DNA of 18,470 nucleotides from Candidatus Micrarchaeota archaeon (lineage in GTDB: Archaea > Iainarchaeota > Iainarchaeia > Iainarchaeales > JAGVWC01), in contig JAZDJR010000013.1 in the NCBI GenBank assembly GCA_043803815.1, positions 1 to 18,470 on the forward strand, in the 5' to 3' direction. This document shows, one piece after another, positions 1 through 8,070 of the stretch; position 1 is the stretch's first letter, and every line of letters starts with the position of its first letter. A model generated the notes under the pieces. The model was not told the DNA's origin. It made no database searches and saw only the letters and a list, made by a program, of their open reading frames with translations. A program made the position numbers and the translations under genes.

Positions 1-87
1 GCCACCAGTGAGTTAGGCATGACGCAAGAGGCAGCCATCAAGTTCTGGGCGTACCAAAAAGTCAAAAGATACGGAGAAAACGCATAA
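1..87 (+). CDS. 3' end of an unidentified protein (partial, ...ATSELGMTQEAAIKFWAYQKVKRYGENA*)
   Basis: Frame +1 is open from base 1 to TAA at 85-87, reads as protein-like sequence, and is followed directly by a hairpin. Too short to assign a family. Confidence 0.5.
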   Translation, partial: ATSELGMTQEAAIKFWAYQKVKRYGENA

Positions 88-93
88 CTGCAC

Positions 94-113
94 CGGGTTT
101 TTCAGAAAACCCG
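94..113. terminator. Hairpin between convergent genes (putative terminator)
   Basis: Perfect 8-bp inverted repeat CGGGTTTT-tcag-AAAACCCG, 6 nt after the TAA at 87. Confidence 0.45.
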
Positions 114-142
114 AAAAACTTCAGAATCATGCAACACAGCAC

Positions 143-241
143 AAAAAAACAGGCGGCAAAATTAAAAAAAAAGAATAAACGGCGATTCAAAAATCAAAAA
201 AGGCAAAAATAAAAAAAATCGGCGATTCAAAATAAAAAAAA
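143..241 (-). terminator. Oligo-T tract region downstream of the Tyr-rich genes, containing a 13-bp direct repeat
   Basis: Several A5-A9 runs on + (U-tracts in the minus-strand transcript). CGGCGATTCAAAA occurs at 180-192 and 220-232. Confidence 0.5.
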
Positions 242-251
242 TTTCCCTTCA

Positions 252-515
252 TTAACCAAAATTAAAGGTGAACAGGGAACGCGGGGAGTAATAATACACC
301 GGATAAGTCGGAACGTAGTAGGTCGGCGCGTAATAATACGTCGGGTAAACAACCGGCGCGTAATACGGCTGGTAGTACGTCGGATAATACGTCGGATAAG
401 AGTAATACGTCGGATAATAGGAATAGCTCGGAGCGTAATACCACGCACTGACATTAGATGCCAAAGCAATCAAAACCAAAGCCGCAATCCCAAACCAAAA
501 TTTTTTTCCCGTCAT
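252..515 (-). CDS. Small secreted Tyr/Pro-rich repeat protein (87 aa)
   Basis: ATG at 515 lies 1 nt after the upstream stop and follows an SD-like GGGATGATG. Sec signal peptide MTGKKFWFGIAALVLIALASNVSA. The mature part has 24 Tyr in 63 aa and five PTYY repeats. Confidence 0.8.
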   Translation of the reverse strand: MTGKKFWFGIAALVLIALASNVSAWYYAPSYSYYPTYYSYPTYYPTYYQPYYAPVVYPTYYYAPTYYVPTYPVYYYSPRSLFTFNFG

Positions 516-516
516 T

Positions 517-786
517 TTAATCATCATCCCTGTCAAACAAATTATGCGTTATATAATGAAACACGGGAAAACGATGATGCGAATAAACCGGAGCATACGA
601 CGGATAATAATACACCGCGGGCAAAACAGGCGCCTGATAATTGGACCAATAATACGGCGTATACGTGGTAAACGAATTGGTCGGAAAATAAGAAGTTTGA
701 TACACGACATTGGCATAATAGGCGTTGGCGGACAAAGCCAAGGCTAAAACGCCTAAGATCAATGCAAGTAAGCCAGTCCATTTCAT
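517..786 (-). CDS. Small secreted Tyr/Pro-rich protein (89 aa), probable paralog of the downstream gene
   Basis: Signal peptide MKWTGLLALILGVLALALSANA with an A-x-A cleavage site. The mature part starts YYA, has 14 Tyr in 67 aa, and shares YAPV and VYYY words with its neighbour. Confidence 0.75.
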   Translation of the reverse strand: MKWTGLLALILGVLALALSANAYYANVVYQTSYFPTNSFTTYTPYYWSNYQAPVLPAVYYYPSYAPVYSHHRFPVFHYITHNLFDRDDD

Positions 787-947
787 AAGTAACTCTTTCC
801 AATGAAGAACATAAAAAACCTTCGTTTTTGGCTTTTAACCCACAATCAAGGTTTTTAAAGGATTCCCATCCAATAATCCTAATTAACCGTTTTTTGGCTT
901 TGCATCAAACAAACAGCCCAAACCGCGTTTTATGAAATAATTGATTC

Positions 948-952
948 GGTGA
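948..952 (+). promoter_or_regulatory. Archaeal Shine-Dalgarno site of rpl10e
   Basis: GGTGA 4 nt before ATG 957. The same GTGAAACCATG context precedes truD. A TTTTTAAA TATA-like box lies at 852-859. Confidence 0.7.
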
Positions 953-956
953 AACC

Positions 957-1706
957 ATGGGATTAAGACCCGCCAAGTGCTACAAAAGCGTTAACAAGCC
1001 AGCCTACACACGCACCGCTATTACGGTTCCGAAGCGAAATTACATCGGAACTTCCCCAGGAAACAAAATCCGTCAGTACAACCTGGGAAATCCCCACAAG
1101 GAATTCACGCACATTTTAGATTTGCAAGTCATGGAAAAAATCCAAATCCGCGACAACGCAATCGAATCCAGCCGAACCACCTTAAACCGCCAGTTCACCA
1201 ACGACTTGGGCAAAGACACTTTTTTCATGAAAGTACGCGTTTATCCCCACCAAATCCTGCGCGAAAACAAGCAGGCCACAGGCGCGGGAGCGGACCGAAT
1301 CCAAAAAGGAATGAGCAACCCTTTCGGACGCCCCATCGGACGCGCGGCACGCACCCGAGTCGGCCAGCCCATTTTCAGCACCTTGGTTGACGAAGAAAAC
1401 GTCGAAAAAGCCCGCAAAATTATGCTTAGAATCGGAAACAAGCTCGGATGCAAAGTCAATGTCCGCGTCGGAACCGACGTTCAATCCTTAGGCTCCAAGC
1501 CAAAGCAAGTCCGCGAAATCAAAGAAGAAACAAAAGAAGCCGCGGAGGGCGAAGCAAAGGCGGAAACCGCGGAAGCGGCAGGCGAGCCAGCAGCCGAAAC
1601 CAAGGACGCCAAAAGTGGCAAAGGCGGCAAACCGGAAGCCAAGACCGCAGGCAAACCCGACGCCAAAAGCGGAAAAACCGACGCCAAAAAAGACGCCAAA
1701 AAATAA
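957..1706 (+). CDS. rpl10e: 50S ribosomal protein uL16 (L10e) with a ~77-aa low-complexity C-terminal extension
   Basis: Motifs MGLRPAKCY..PAYTR, QIRDNAIESSR and KVRVYPHQILRENKQATGAGADRIQKGM..PFGRPIGRAAR. Confidence 0.97.
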   Translation: MGLRPAKCYKSVNKPAYTRTAITVPKRNYIGTSPGNKIRQYNLGNPHKEFTHILDLQVMEKIQIRDNAIESSRTTLNRQFTNDLGKDTFFMKVRVYPHQILRENKQATGAGADRIQKGMSNPFGRPIGRAARTRVGQPIFSTLVDEENVEKARKIMLRIGNKLGCKVNVRVGTDVQSLGSKPKQVREIKEETKEAAEGEAKAETAEAAGEPAAETKDAKSGKGGKPEAKTAGKPDAKSGKTDAKKDAKK

Positions 1707-1780
1707 CCCCGCTTCCAACCCGAAAACTGATTTTTAATTTACAATTATTTTTTATTTTCTATAATAATTCGCGGATTATT

Positions 1781-2803
1781 ATGACCGAACTTGAATTCGA
1801 ACTTGACAAAACCGTTTTTGAAATCAAAAAACGAAAAGCCAAACTTGTTGCCCTGCAATTTCCCGAAGGCCTCAAAACAAAAAGCCAAAAAATCGCGCAA
1901 GAAATTGAAAACAAAACCGGCTGCACAACAGTTTCAATTATCGACCCTTGTTTTGGCGCGTGCATGCTGGCCGACGAACAAGCCAAAAAACTCGGCGCAA
2001 ACCTGCTCGTGCACTTTGGCCATTCCCGATTTTATAAGGAAAGCATTCCGGCGGTTTTCGTTCCGGTGCATTACAAAATTTCGGATTTGCAAATTAAAAA
2101 AACAGCTCAAAAAATAAGCGAAGAATTGGAATTGAAAAATAAAAAAAATAATTCAAAAATTAAAAAAATCGGATTGGCCGGAACCGTCCAGTACCTAACC
2201 GCCTTGCCCAAAATCAAAACCGAACTTGAAAAACTCGGGTTTATCGCAAAAATCGGAAAAGGACACGGAGTTTTGGACGGGCAGGTGCTGGGCTGCAATT
2301 ATTCCGCGGCCAACCGCATCATTTCAGAAGTCGATTGCACGGTTTACGTCGGCGACGGACAATTTCATCCCTTAGGAATCGTTTTTGCCACCAACAAGCC
2401 GGTTTTTACCATCGAACCGTTCGAGCAAAAATTCCGCGAAATCACGGAAGAAAAAGACCGGTTTATCCGAAAGCGGCTGGTCTTAATTGGAAGCGTATTG
2501 GACGCCCACTCATTCGGCATTTTGGTCTCCACCAAAAAAGGGCAATTTGGAATCCAAAAAGCGCTTTTAGCCAAAAAAACAATCGAAAAACAAGGCAAAA
2601 TCGCGATTATTTTAGCCGGCGACCTGGTCAAACCTGAATACGTTTTGGGAATCAAAGTCGATTGCATGGTAAACACTGCCTGCCCGCGCATCGCAACCGA
2701 CGATTACAACAATTATTCCGCGCCGGTAATTTCGCTTGACGAACTGCCCTATGCTTTGGGAATAAAAACATTGGAAGAATTTGAAAAACAAAAACAGGTT
2801 TAA
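1781..2803 (+). CDS. dph2: Diphthamide biosynthesis enzyme Dph2 (2-(3-amino-3-carboxypropyl)histidine synthase), 340 aa
   Basis: Motifs LQFPEGLK, CFGAC..AD, LVHFGH, GQVLGCN, GDGQFHP, STKKGQ and NTACPRI; the three Fe-S cysteines are present. Start moved to ATG 1781. Confidence 0.95.
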   Translation: MTELEFELDKTVFEIKKRKAKLVALQFPEGLKTKSQKIAQEIENKTGCTTVSIIDPCFGACMLADEQAKKLGANLLVHFGHSRFYKESIPAVFVPVHYKISDLQIKKTAQKISEELELKNKKNNSKIKKIGLAGTVQYLTALPKIKTELEKLGFIAKIGKGHGVLDGQVLGCNYSAANRIISEVDCTVYVGDGQFHPLGIVFATNKPVFTIEPFEQKFREITEEKDRFIRKRLVLIGSVLDAHSFGILVSTKKGQFGIQKALLAKKTIEKQGKIAIILAGDLVKPEYVLGIKVDCMVNTACPRIATDDYNNYSAPVISLDELPYALGIKTLEEFEKQKQV

Positions 2804-2809
2804 AAAACA

Positions 2810-3625
2810 TCACAATTTTTCATCAGACGCCGAAGCTTCGCCGGTTTCTTCTTCGCTTTCCTGCACCACGGTCCCATTAAATGGCTTTCCCTGCACCGCG
2901 GATTCGAAATTTTCCAACGTGTTTCCGTTCACGAAAATCACGGGCACTTTGGAGCGCTTGACAATCATGCACGCCAACAAGTCGAGCGGAACGTGCGTTC
3001 CTGGTTCAAGGCTTTGCTTGGCAACAATTTCAAACAGCTTTTCAAACGACAATTCTCGGTAAAGCCGTGCGCGCGAATTAGTTTTAGGGTCGGAAGAATA
3101 AACGCCGTCCACATTGCTCAAATTGACAACCGTTCCGCTCCATTTTTCAGCCAGCAAAGCGGCAACCGCGTCCGTGGTGTGGCCGGGAAACAATCCACCC
3201 ATTACGGGAACCGTGTTTTTTTTAAGGACAGACCCAATCGATAAAAGTTTGGTTGGAAGCATATAACGCGAATTCGGCAAAAATTTGGAAAACAGCAAGG
3301 CGTTTTGGCGGGTAGCCAAAATCCCGAGCTCGTCGCATTCAAACAAGGTTGCCCTTGCTTCTTTGGCGGCTTCAATCGCAAAACGCGCGGGCCTTCCGCC
3401 GCCGACCACAACCGCAAACCGGTTGCCTTCGCGGTGCAGGCCCGCAATCGAACCCGCGATTTTCTGGAACGCGGAAATGTTCGGACCGCCGGTTTCGTCA
3501 AACAGCAAAGAACCGCCGACAGAAATCACAAACACCGTCGAATTGGAACCGCTGGAAGGCGAAGCTGCAGGGGAATTTTCCTTGTCGGCTTCAGCCATTG
3601 CGGATTCAAAAAACTCGGGGAACAT
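2810..3625 (-). CDS. pyrH: UMP kinase, archaeal type
   Basis: Motifs VISVGGS, VVVGGGRPAR, DELGILATRQNA, GGLFPGHTTDAVAALLAE and NVDGVYSSDPK. The start could instead be ATG 3598. TTTTAAAA at 3647-3654 fits a TATA box. Confidence 0.93.
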   Translation of the reverse strand: MFPEFFESAMAEADKENSPAASPSSGSNSTVFVISVGGSLLFDETGGPNISAFQKIAGSIAGLHREGNRFAVVVGGGRPARFAIEAAKEARATLFECDELGILATRQNALLFSKFLPNSRYMLPTKLLSIGSVLKKNTVPVMGGLFPGHTTDAVAALLAEKWSGTVVNLSNVDGVYSSDPKTNSRARLYRELSFEKLFEIVAKQSLEPGTHVPLDLLACMIVKRSKVPVIFVNGNTLENFESAVQGKPFNGTVVQESEEETGEASASDEKL

Positions 3626-3712
3626 GGCAGAATAAGGATTTTTGGGTTTTAAAAGAATTATGGAGTCTTTTTGGTATAAGAGAACCCAAAACCGGTTTTT
3701 TGAGTTGAATTT

Positions 3713-4966
3713 ATGGCTAGTATCAAGCAGTCCTTTGAGGAAATCGACGAAAGCGAAGCAACGGTTTTCAAAAAACGCCTGGCGAAACTAAAAGAATACA
3801 GCGGACGCGGAACCGAATTAATCAGCCTGTATGTTCCAAAAGACGCGGATCGAAGCACGGTCATGGGGCAGCTCACCGAAGAAATGGGGCAAAGCTCCAA
3901 TATCAAAAGCGCCAACACGCGCAAAAACGTGCAAGGCGCCTTGCGAAAAATTCTGCAATTTTTAAAAAGCAACGATTTTAACATTCCCGAAAAAGGAATC
4001 GTCGTGTTTTCGGGAAACATTTCGGAAATGGAAGGCAAAACCGACATCCGGTTGTTCACCATTCACCCGATTCGGCCGCTGAAAACCAAATTGTACTGGT
4101 GCGACTCGGAATTCCATCTCGCGCCGCTGGAAGAAATGGTCCAGCCGACCGAAATTTACGCGCTGATTGTGCTGGACAAGCGCGAAGCGACCGTTGCCGT
4201 GCTCACGGGAAAAAAATTCGAAATCGTGGGGCATTTCACGAGCGCGGTTGCGGGAAAAACGCGCGCGGGAGGACAAAGTTCAGTTCGCTTTGAGCATTTG
4301 CGCGAAGAAGCCGCCAAGGATTTTTACCGCCGCGTATCCGAAAAAGTAAACCAATTGCTGACGGAATACGAAAACAAGCTCAAAGGTTTTATCATCGGCG
4401 GCCCCGGCATGACCAAGCACGAATTCCTAAAGCAAAGCACGTTGGATTACCGGCTCAAGGACAAAATCATTGGCATGCTGGACGTCTCCTATACCGATGA
4501 CAGCGGAATCCGCGAACTGATTCAGCGCTCCGAAGATTTGCTTTCCCAGTCCGCGATTACGCGCGAACGCCAAATCGTCAACCGGTTTTTGGAAGAAGCC
4601 GTTCGCGACGGACTGGCCGCCTACGGCCAAAAACAAGTCGAAGAAGCGCTTCTAAAAGGCCAGGTTTCCGACCTTTTGATATCCGAAGGAATCGAATGGA
4701 TGGTTTACAAGGTTTTGTGCGACAAAGACGGGTTTGCCAAGGAAATCATAGTCAAAGACCCCAAAAAAATGGACCCAAACGCCCTAAAATGCGAAAAATG
4801 CGGGTCTAAAACCGAAATTCTGGAAGAAGTCGACTACATGGACTGGCTCGTCGAAAAAGCCCATAATACCAGTTCCAAGACCAATGTCATCAGCCAGGAC
4901 ACCTCCGAAGGCCAGACCTTTTACCGCGGATTCGGGGGAATCGGGGCGATATTGCGGTATAAGTAA
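3713..4966 (+). CDS. prf1: Peptide chain release factor aRF1
   Basis: Motifs GRGTELISLY, SNIKS, YWCDSEF (YxCxxxF), AGGQS, IIGGPGMTK and FGGIGAILRY. Confidence 0.98.
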   Translation: MASIKQSFEEIDESEATVFKKRLAKLKEYSGRGTELISLYVPKDADRSTVMGQLTEEMGQSSNIKSANTRKNVQGALRKILQFLKSNDFNIPEKGIVVFSGNISEMEGKTDIRLFTIHPIRPLKTKLYWCDSEFHLAPLEEMVQPTEIYALIVLDKREATVAVLTGKKFEIVGHFTSAVAGKTRAGGQSSVRFEHLREEAAKDFYRRVSEKVNQLLTEYENKLKGFIIGGPGMTKHEFLKQSTLDYRLKDKIIGMLDVSYTDDSGIRELIQRSEDLLSQSAITRERQIVNRFLEEAVRDGLAAYGQKQVEEALLKGQVSDLLISEGIEWMVYKVLCDKDGFAKEIIVKDPKKMDPNALKCEKCGSKTEILEEVDYMDWLVEKAHNTSSKTNVISQDTSEGQTFYRGFGGIGAILRYK

Positions 4967-4981
4967 AAAAACGGAATAAAA

Positions 4982-5701
4982 ATGATAGAACTCGTTCCAT
5001 GGACCCATGTTGCCGAAACCCAAAAACATGAAGATGTCATAAAGTATGTTGAATCCCTTCCCAAAGGAACCATTATTTGCCTTGAAGTTTCCCAATCCCG
5101 CCTTGAAGAGCTCAACCGAATTATTTCAAGCCCGCAGCAACACGACTGGTCAAACAACGAGAAAAAAAGTACGCTTGCCCATATCGAACTCATTTACGTG
5201 TGCGAAAAAAACTGCTTGAAAATTGCGCCGCTTGGACAGCGCTCCGCATTGCGAAAATATCAAAAAATTGTACGCAACAAACAAGTTCGCGAACATTCAA
5301 ACGAAACCGACGAGTACGAATTTGCCATGGCCCAAAACGCAAAGAAAGTATCCGATTCAAGACCCGGTAAAAAAATTGTCATAATAACCGGCGCTTTACA
5401 CACAATTCCGCTTTTTATAAATCTGAGAAAACTGGGCGCACAGCCCAATATTGTTACGGCAATATTTCGCGATGCCACAAACCGCAGAAAAATGATTGCA
5501 TTAAATCATCGTTTTCGCCGTACACTGCTAACCAACAGCCCTGAAAAAAGACCGCAGTATATGCGAGAATACGCAAAATTCCCGCCTCAGTCCCTTCGAA
5601 AGATTGAAAAAGGCCAAGAGATTGGCGCATTAATAAAAAAACAAATAGAAGAAAGGGAAAAAAAACGGCAAGAGCGCAGGAATAAAAAAATACGAAAGTG
5701 A
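4982..5701 (+). CDS. Hypothetical protein, possible TraB/Tiki/ChaN (EreA-like) fold, with a highly basic C-terminus
   Basis: Ordered motifs IELVPWTH, IICLEV...R, EFAMA and KKIVIITGALH parallel the TraB-family LVGTxH, VxVEL...R, RExxMA and VVVVGAGH. The ORF fits tightly between prf1 and truD. Confidence 0.6.
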   Translation: MIELVPWTHVAETQKHEDVIKYVESLPKGTIICLEVSQSRLEELNRIISSPQQHDWSNNEKKSTLAHIELIYVCEKNCLKIAPLGQRSALRKYQKIVRNKQVREHSNETDEYEFAMAQNAKKVSDSRPGKKIVIITGALHTIPLFINLRKLGAQPNIVTAIFRDATNRRKMIALNHRFRRTLLTNSPEKRPQYMREYAKFPPQSLRKIEKGQEIGALIKKQIEEREKKRQERRNKKIRK

Positions 5702-5705
5702 AACC

Positions 5706-6971
5706 ATGCAAAACCCGTTTTCCACGAAATCAGAGGGCATCGGCGGCGACATCAAGCGCCGCTACGCGGATTTTATTGTCGAAGAAATCCAGACCGACCA
5801 CAGCAAAAGAGCAGTAACACGGTTCGTGCAGGAAAACGCGTCGGAAAGCGCAACGCCGATTGAAATACCCGAAAAACCCAAGGACTCCGCGTACCAGCAC
5901 CTGCATTTTGACTTGGAAAAAATAAACCTTGACACCAATTCCGCGGTCAGCCGCATCGCCAGGTTTTTTCATTTGAGCCGCAAACGAATCGGCTATGCGG
6001 GTCTCAAAGACAAGCGCGGGATTACCTGCCAAAGAATCTCCGCTTACGAACCCGACGTTGAAACGATTAAAAAATTCCAGTCCCGCGGAATCGACCTTAG
6101 AAATTTCGAATGGAAAAAAAACAAAATCGAAATCGGCGATTTAACCGGAAACGCGTTCACCTTAATCATCCGCCACATTGACTTCGACATAACTGAAACG
6201 GGTAAGCGCCTTGAAAAAAACCTGATGGAAATCGAACAAAACGGAGTGGCCAATTATTTCGGCGAACAGCGATTCGGCGGCATCCGCAACATTACCCACA
6301 AAGTCGGAAAAGAACTGGTTAGGGGAAATTTTGAAAATGCCGTCATGATGTACCTGACCGAACCAAGCGAAAAAGAGCCCGTTGAACTGACCAATGTGCG
6401 AAAAGAACTGAAAGAAAGCAAAAATTTTTTGGCGGCCGCAAGGACATTTTCCGAAAACAACCGCTTTGAAGCCGCGTTGTGCCAGCACCTGCATCAGCAC
6501 CCCAAGGATTTTGTGGGCGCGTTGGCGGTCCTTCCCAAAGCCATGCGCTACCTGTTCACGCACGCGTACCAATCGCATTTGTTCAACGAAATCATTGCAG
6601 AACGAATCAAGCAAGGATTCGGCATAACGCCGATTTCAGGAGATGTTTTGGAAAACGGAAGCCCGACCGCGCCTTTGTTCGGATATGAAACCAAATTTTC
6701 CGACGCTGACGCGGGAAAAATCGAAAAAACCGTGATGGCAAGCCAAGGAGTATCACTGACCCAGTTTCGGATTCCCCAAATGGCGGAATTGTCCTCCAAA
6801 GGCAGCAGAAAAAAAATCGTGTTGCACCCAAACAACATGAAAGTGCTGGAAATTACAGAAGACGAACTAAACGAAGGAAAAACAAAAGTCAAATTGTATT
6901 TTGAACTGGAAAAGGGAAGCTACGCCACCACAGTATTAAACGAAATCATCAAAAACACGGGTTCCGCGTAA
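5706..6971 (+). CDS. truD: tRNA pseudouridine(13) synthase TruD/Pus7
   Basis: Motifs GDIK...DFIVEEI, GYAGLKDKRGITCQ (catalytic Asp), GDLTGNAF, NYFGEQRFG, AYQSHLFN and FELEKGSYAT. Confidence 0.97.
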   Translation: MQNPFSTKSEGIGGDIKRRYADFIVEEIQTDHSKRAVTRFVQENASESATPIEIPEKPKDSAYQHLHFDLEKINLDTNSAVSRIARFFHLSRKRIGYAGLKDKRGITCQRISAYEPDVETIKKFQSRGIDLRNFEWKKNKIEIGDLTGNAFTLIIRHIDFDITETGKRLEKNLMEIEQNGVANYFGEQRFGGIRNITHKVGKELVRGNFENAVMMYLTEPSEKEPVELTNVRKELKESKNFLAAARTFSENNRFEAALCQHLHQHPKDFVGALAVLPKAMRYLFTHAYQSHLFNEIIAERIKQGFGITPISGDVLENGSPTAPLFGYETKFSDADAGKIEKTVMASQGVSLTQFRIPQMAELSSKGSRKKIVLHPNNMKVLEITEDELNEGKTKVKLYFELEKGSYATTVLNEIIKNTGSA

Positions 6972-6994
6972 TGTATTAAAAAGAAGGAAAAAAC

Positions 6995-7975
6995 ATGGAT
7001 TCCATAAAACCAAATTTATTGCTTCGGCTGGTTCCGCTTCTGCTTGGAATCGCATTGCTGTTTGTTTTGTTTGCCCAAACCGATTTTTCAATTTTTAACG
7101 AACTTTCAAACGCCAATGTTTTGGGGGTGCTTATTGCCATTGCCTTGGTTTTGGTGACGCTACTGTTTCGTGGAATCAAATGGAATTATATTTTGGGATT
7201 TTACGGGGTTAAGCAATCCAACTGGCGGGCCACGCAAGTATTTTGCATGGGAACCATGGTGGGATTTTGGACGCCGCTCAAACTCGGAATTTTTGTGCGT
7301 GCACTTTACGTCAAGCCTCTCGCGTTAACCAAAAGCACGGCATCCATTCTAATCGACCGCTTAACCGACATTTTGCTGGTCGTAATCATGGCCATTATTT
7401 TGTTTTCGTTCTTTTTGGTAGCGGCCACTTTTGAACACGCCGCACCGCCCTTGGAAGGAGTTTTTTTGGTCTTAATTATTATCGCGGTTGGAATTTTGGC
7501 TTTTTTGCTGCAGTCCAAAACCGTCATCGGTTTTTTGGAAAAAGTTTTTTCCCGGTTAATCCCCTTTTCAAAGCTTCGCGTAGCCGTTACCCAAACCTTT
7601 GACGAAATCGGCGCATATTTAAGCAGCCCCAAACGAGCCGCACTTGTTTTGGGGTTGGGCGCTTTGGGGTTTGTCAGCACTATCGGATACTATTTTTTTA
7701 CGGCGTTTGCCCTGCACGTTTCGATTCCGTTCACCTGGCTTTCAGCCATGGTGGCACTTACAATCCTGATTGAAACCATCCCTGTCACCGCTTTGGGATT
7801 TGGAACCCGCGAAGGGGCATGGCTGCTGGCAAGCCCAATATTGCAAATCACGCCAAGCCAGGCCGTTGCCTTGCCCCTACTCGCAACACTCATCAATTAC
7901 GCCACGCTAAGCGTCATCGGATTGAGCTTGTCGTTTGAAAAAAAAGACACGAAGACAGCGGCACTTGAAAAGTAA
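6995..7975 (+). CDS. Lysylphosphatidylglycerol-synthase TM / flippase-like (UPF0104-type) membrane protein
   Basis: About 8 hydrophobic segments. Motifs RGIKW, TPLKLG..VRA, SILIDRL.D and IPVTALGFGTREG match this family's pattern. Confidence 0.8.
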   Translation: MDSIKPNLLLRLVPLLLGIALLFVLFAQTDFSIFNELSNANVLGVLIAIALVLVTLLFRGIKWNYILGFYGVKQSNWRATQVFCMGTMVGFWTPLKLGIFVRALYVKPLALTKSTASILIDRLTDILLVVIMAIILFSFFLVAATFEHAAPPLEGVFLVLIIIAVGILAFLLQSKTVIGFLEKVFSRLIPFSKLRVAVTQTFDEIGAYLSSPKRAALVLGLGALGFVSTIGYYFFTAFALHVSIPFTWLSAMVALTILIETIPVTALGFGTREGAWLLASPILQITPSQAVALPLLATLINYATLSVIGLSLSFEKKDTKTAALEK

Positions 7976-8070
7976 AATTAAAACGATTAATTTTGCTATT
8001 TTTTGAATTAAAAAAGAAATTAAAAATCCGGTTAATCAAATCGTTTTTGAATCAAAAAGGCGCTTATTTT
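7976..8070. terminator. AT-rich gap between convergent genes with oligo-T tracts on both strands
   Basis: T and A runs between the two stop codons, e.g. TTTTTTGAATTAAAAAA. Confidence 0.4.

Noticed and set aside
290-440. TAATACGTCGG repeats as a CRISPR or non-coding array
   Set aside because: They are short, irregularly spaced, and fully explained by PTYY codons on the minus strand.
516-536. Longer start (TTG 536) for the first Tyr-rich gene
   Set aside because: It overlaps the upstream gene. ATG 515 gives a clean signal peptide and follows an SD-like sequence.
880-950. Structured ribosomal-protein leader upstream of rpl10e
   Set aside because: Only weak, interrupted pairing (TTGGCT..AGCCCAA); not supportable without covariation data.
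1448-1780. Arg-rich N-terminal extension of Dph2 in the ORF track, or an rpl10e-dph2 frameshift fusion
   Set aside because: It is an alternate frame of the repetitive rpl10e tail plus AT-rich intergenic DNA. Dph2 homology starts at ATG 1781 and rpl10e has its own stop.
3688-3699. Palindrome AAAACCGGTTTT upstream of prf1
   Set aside because: AACCGGTT-type words are common throughout the window, including inside genes.
3713-4966. Altered aRF1 suggesting stop-codon reassignment
   Set aside because: NIKS, YxCxxxF and GGQ are canonical and genes end normally. Only the Zn mini-domain is partly degenerate (CDKD...CEKC).
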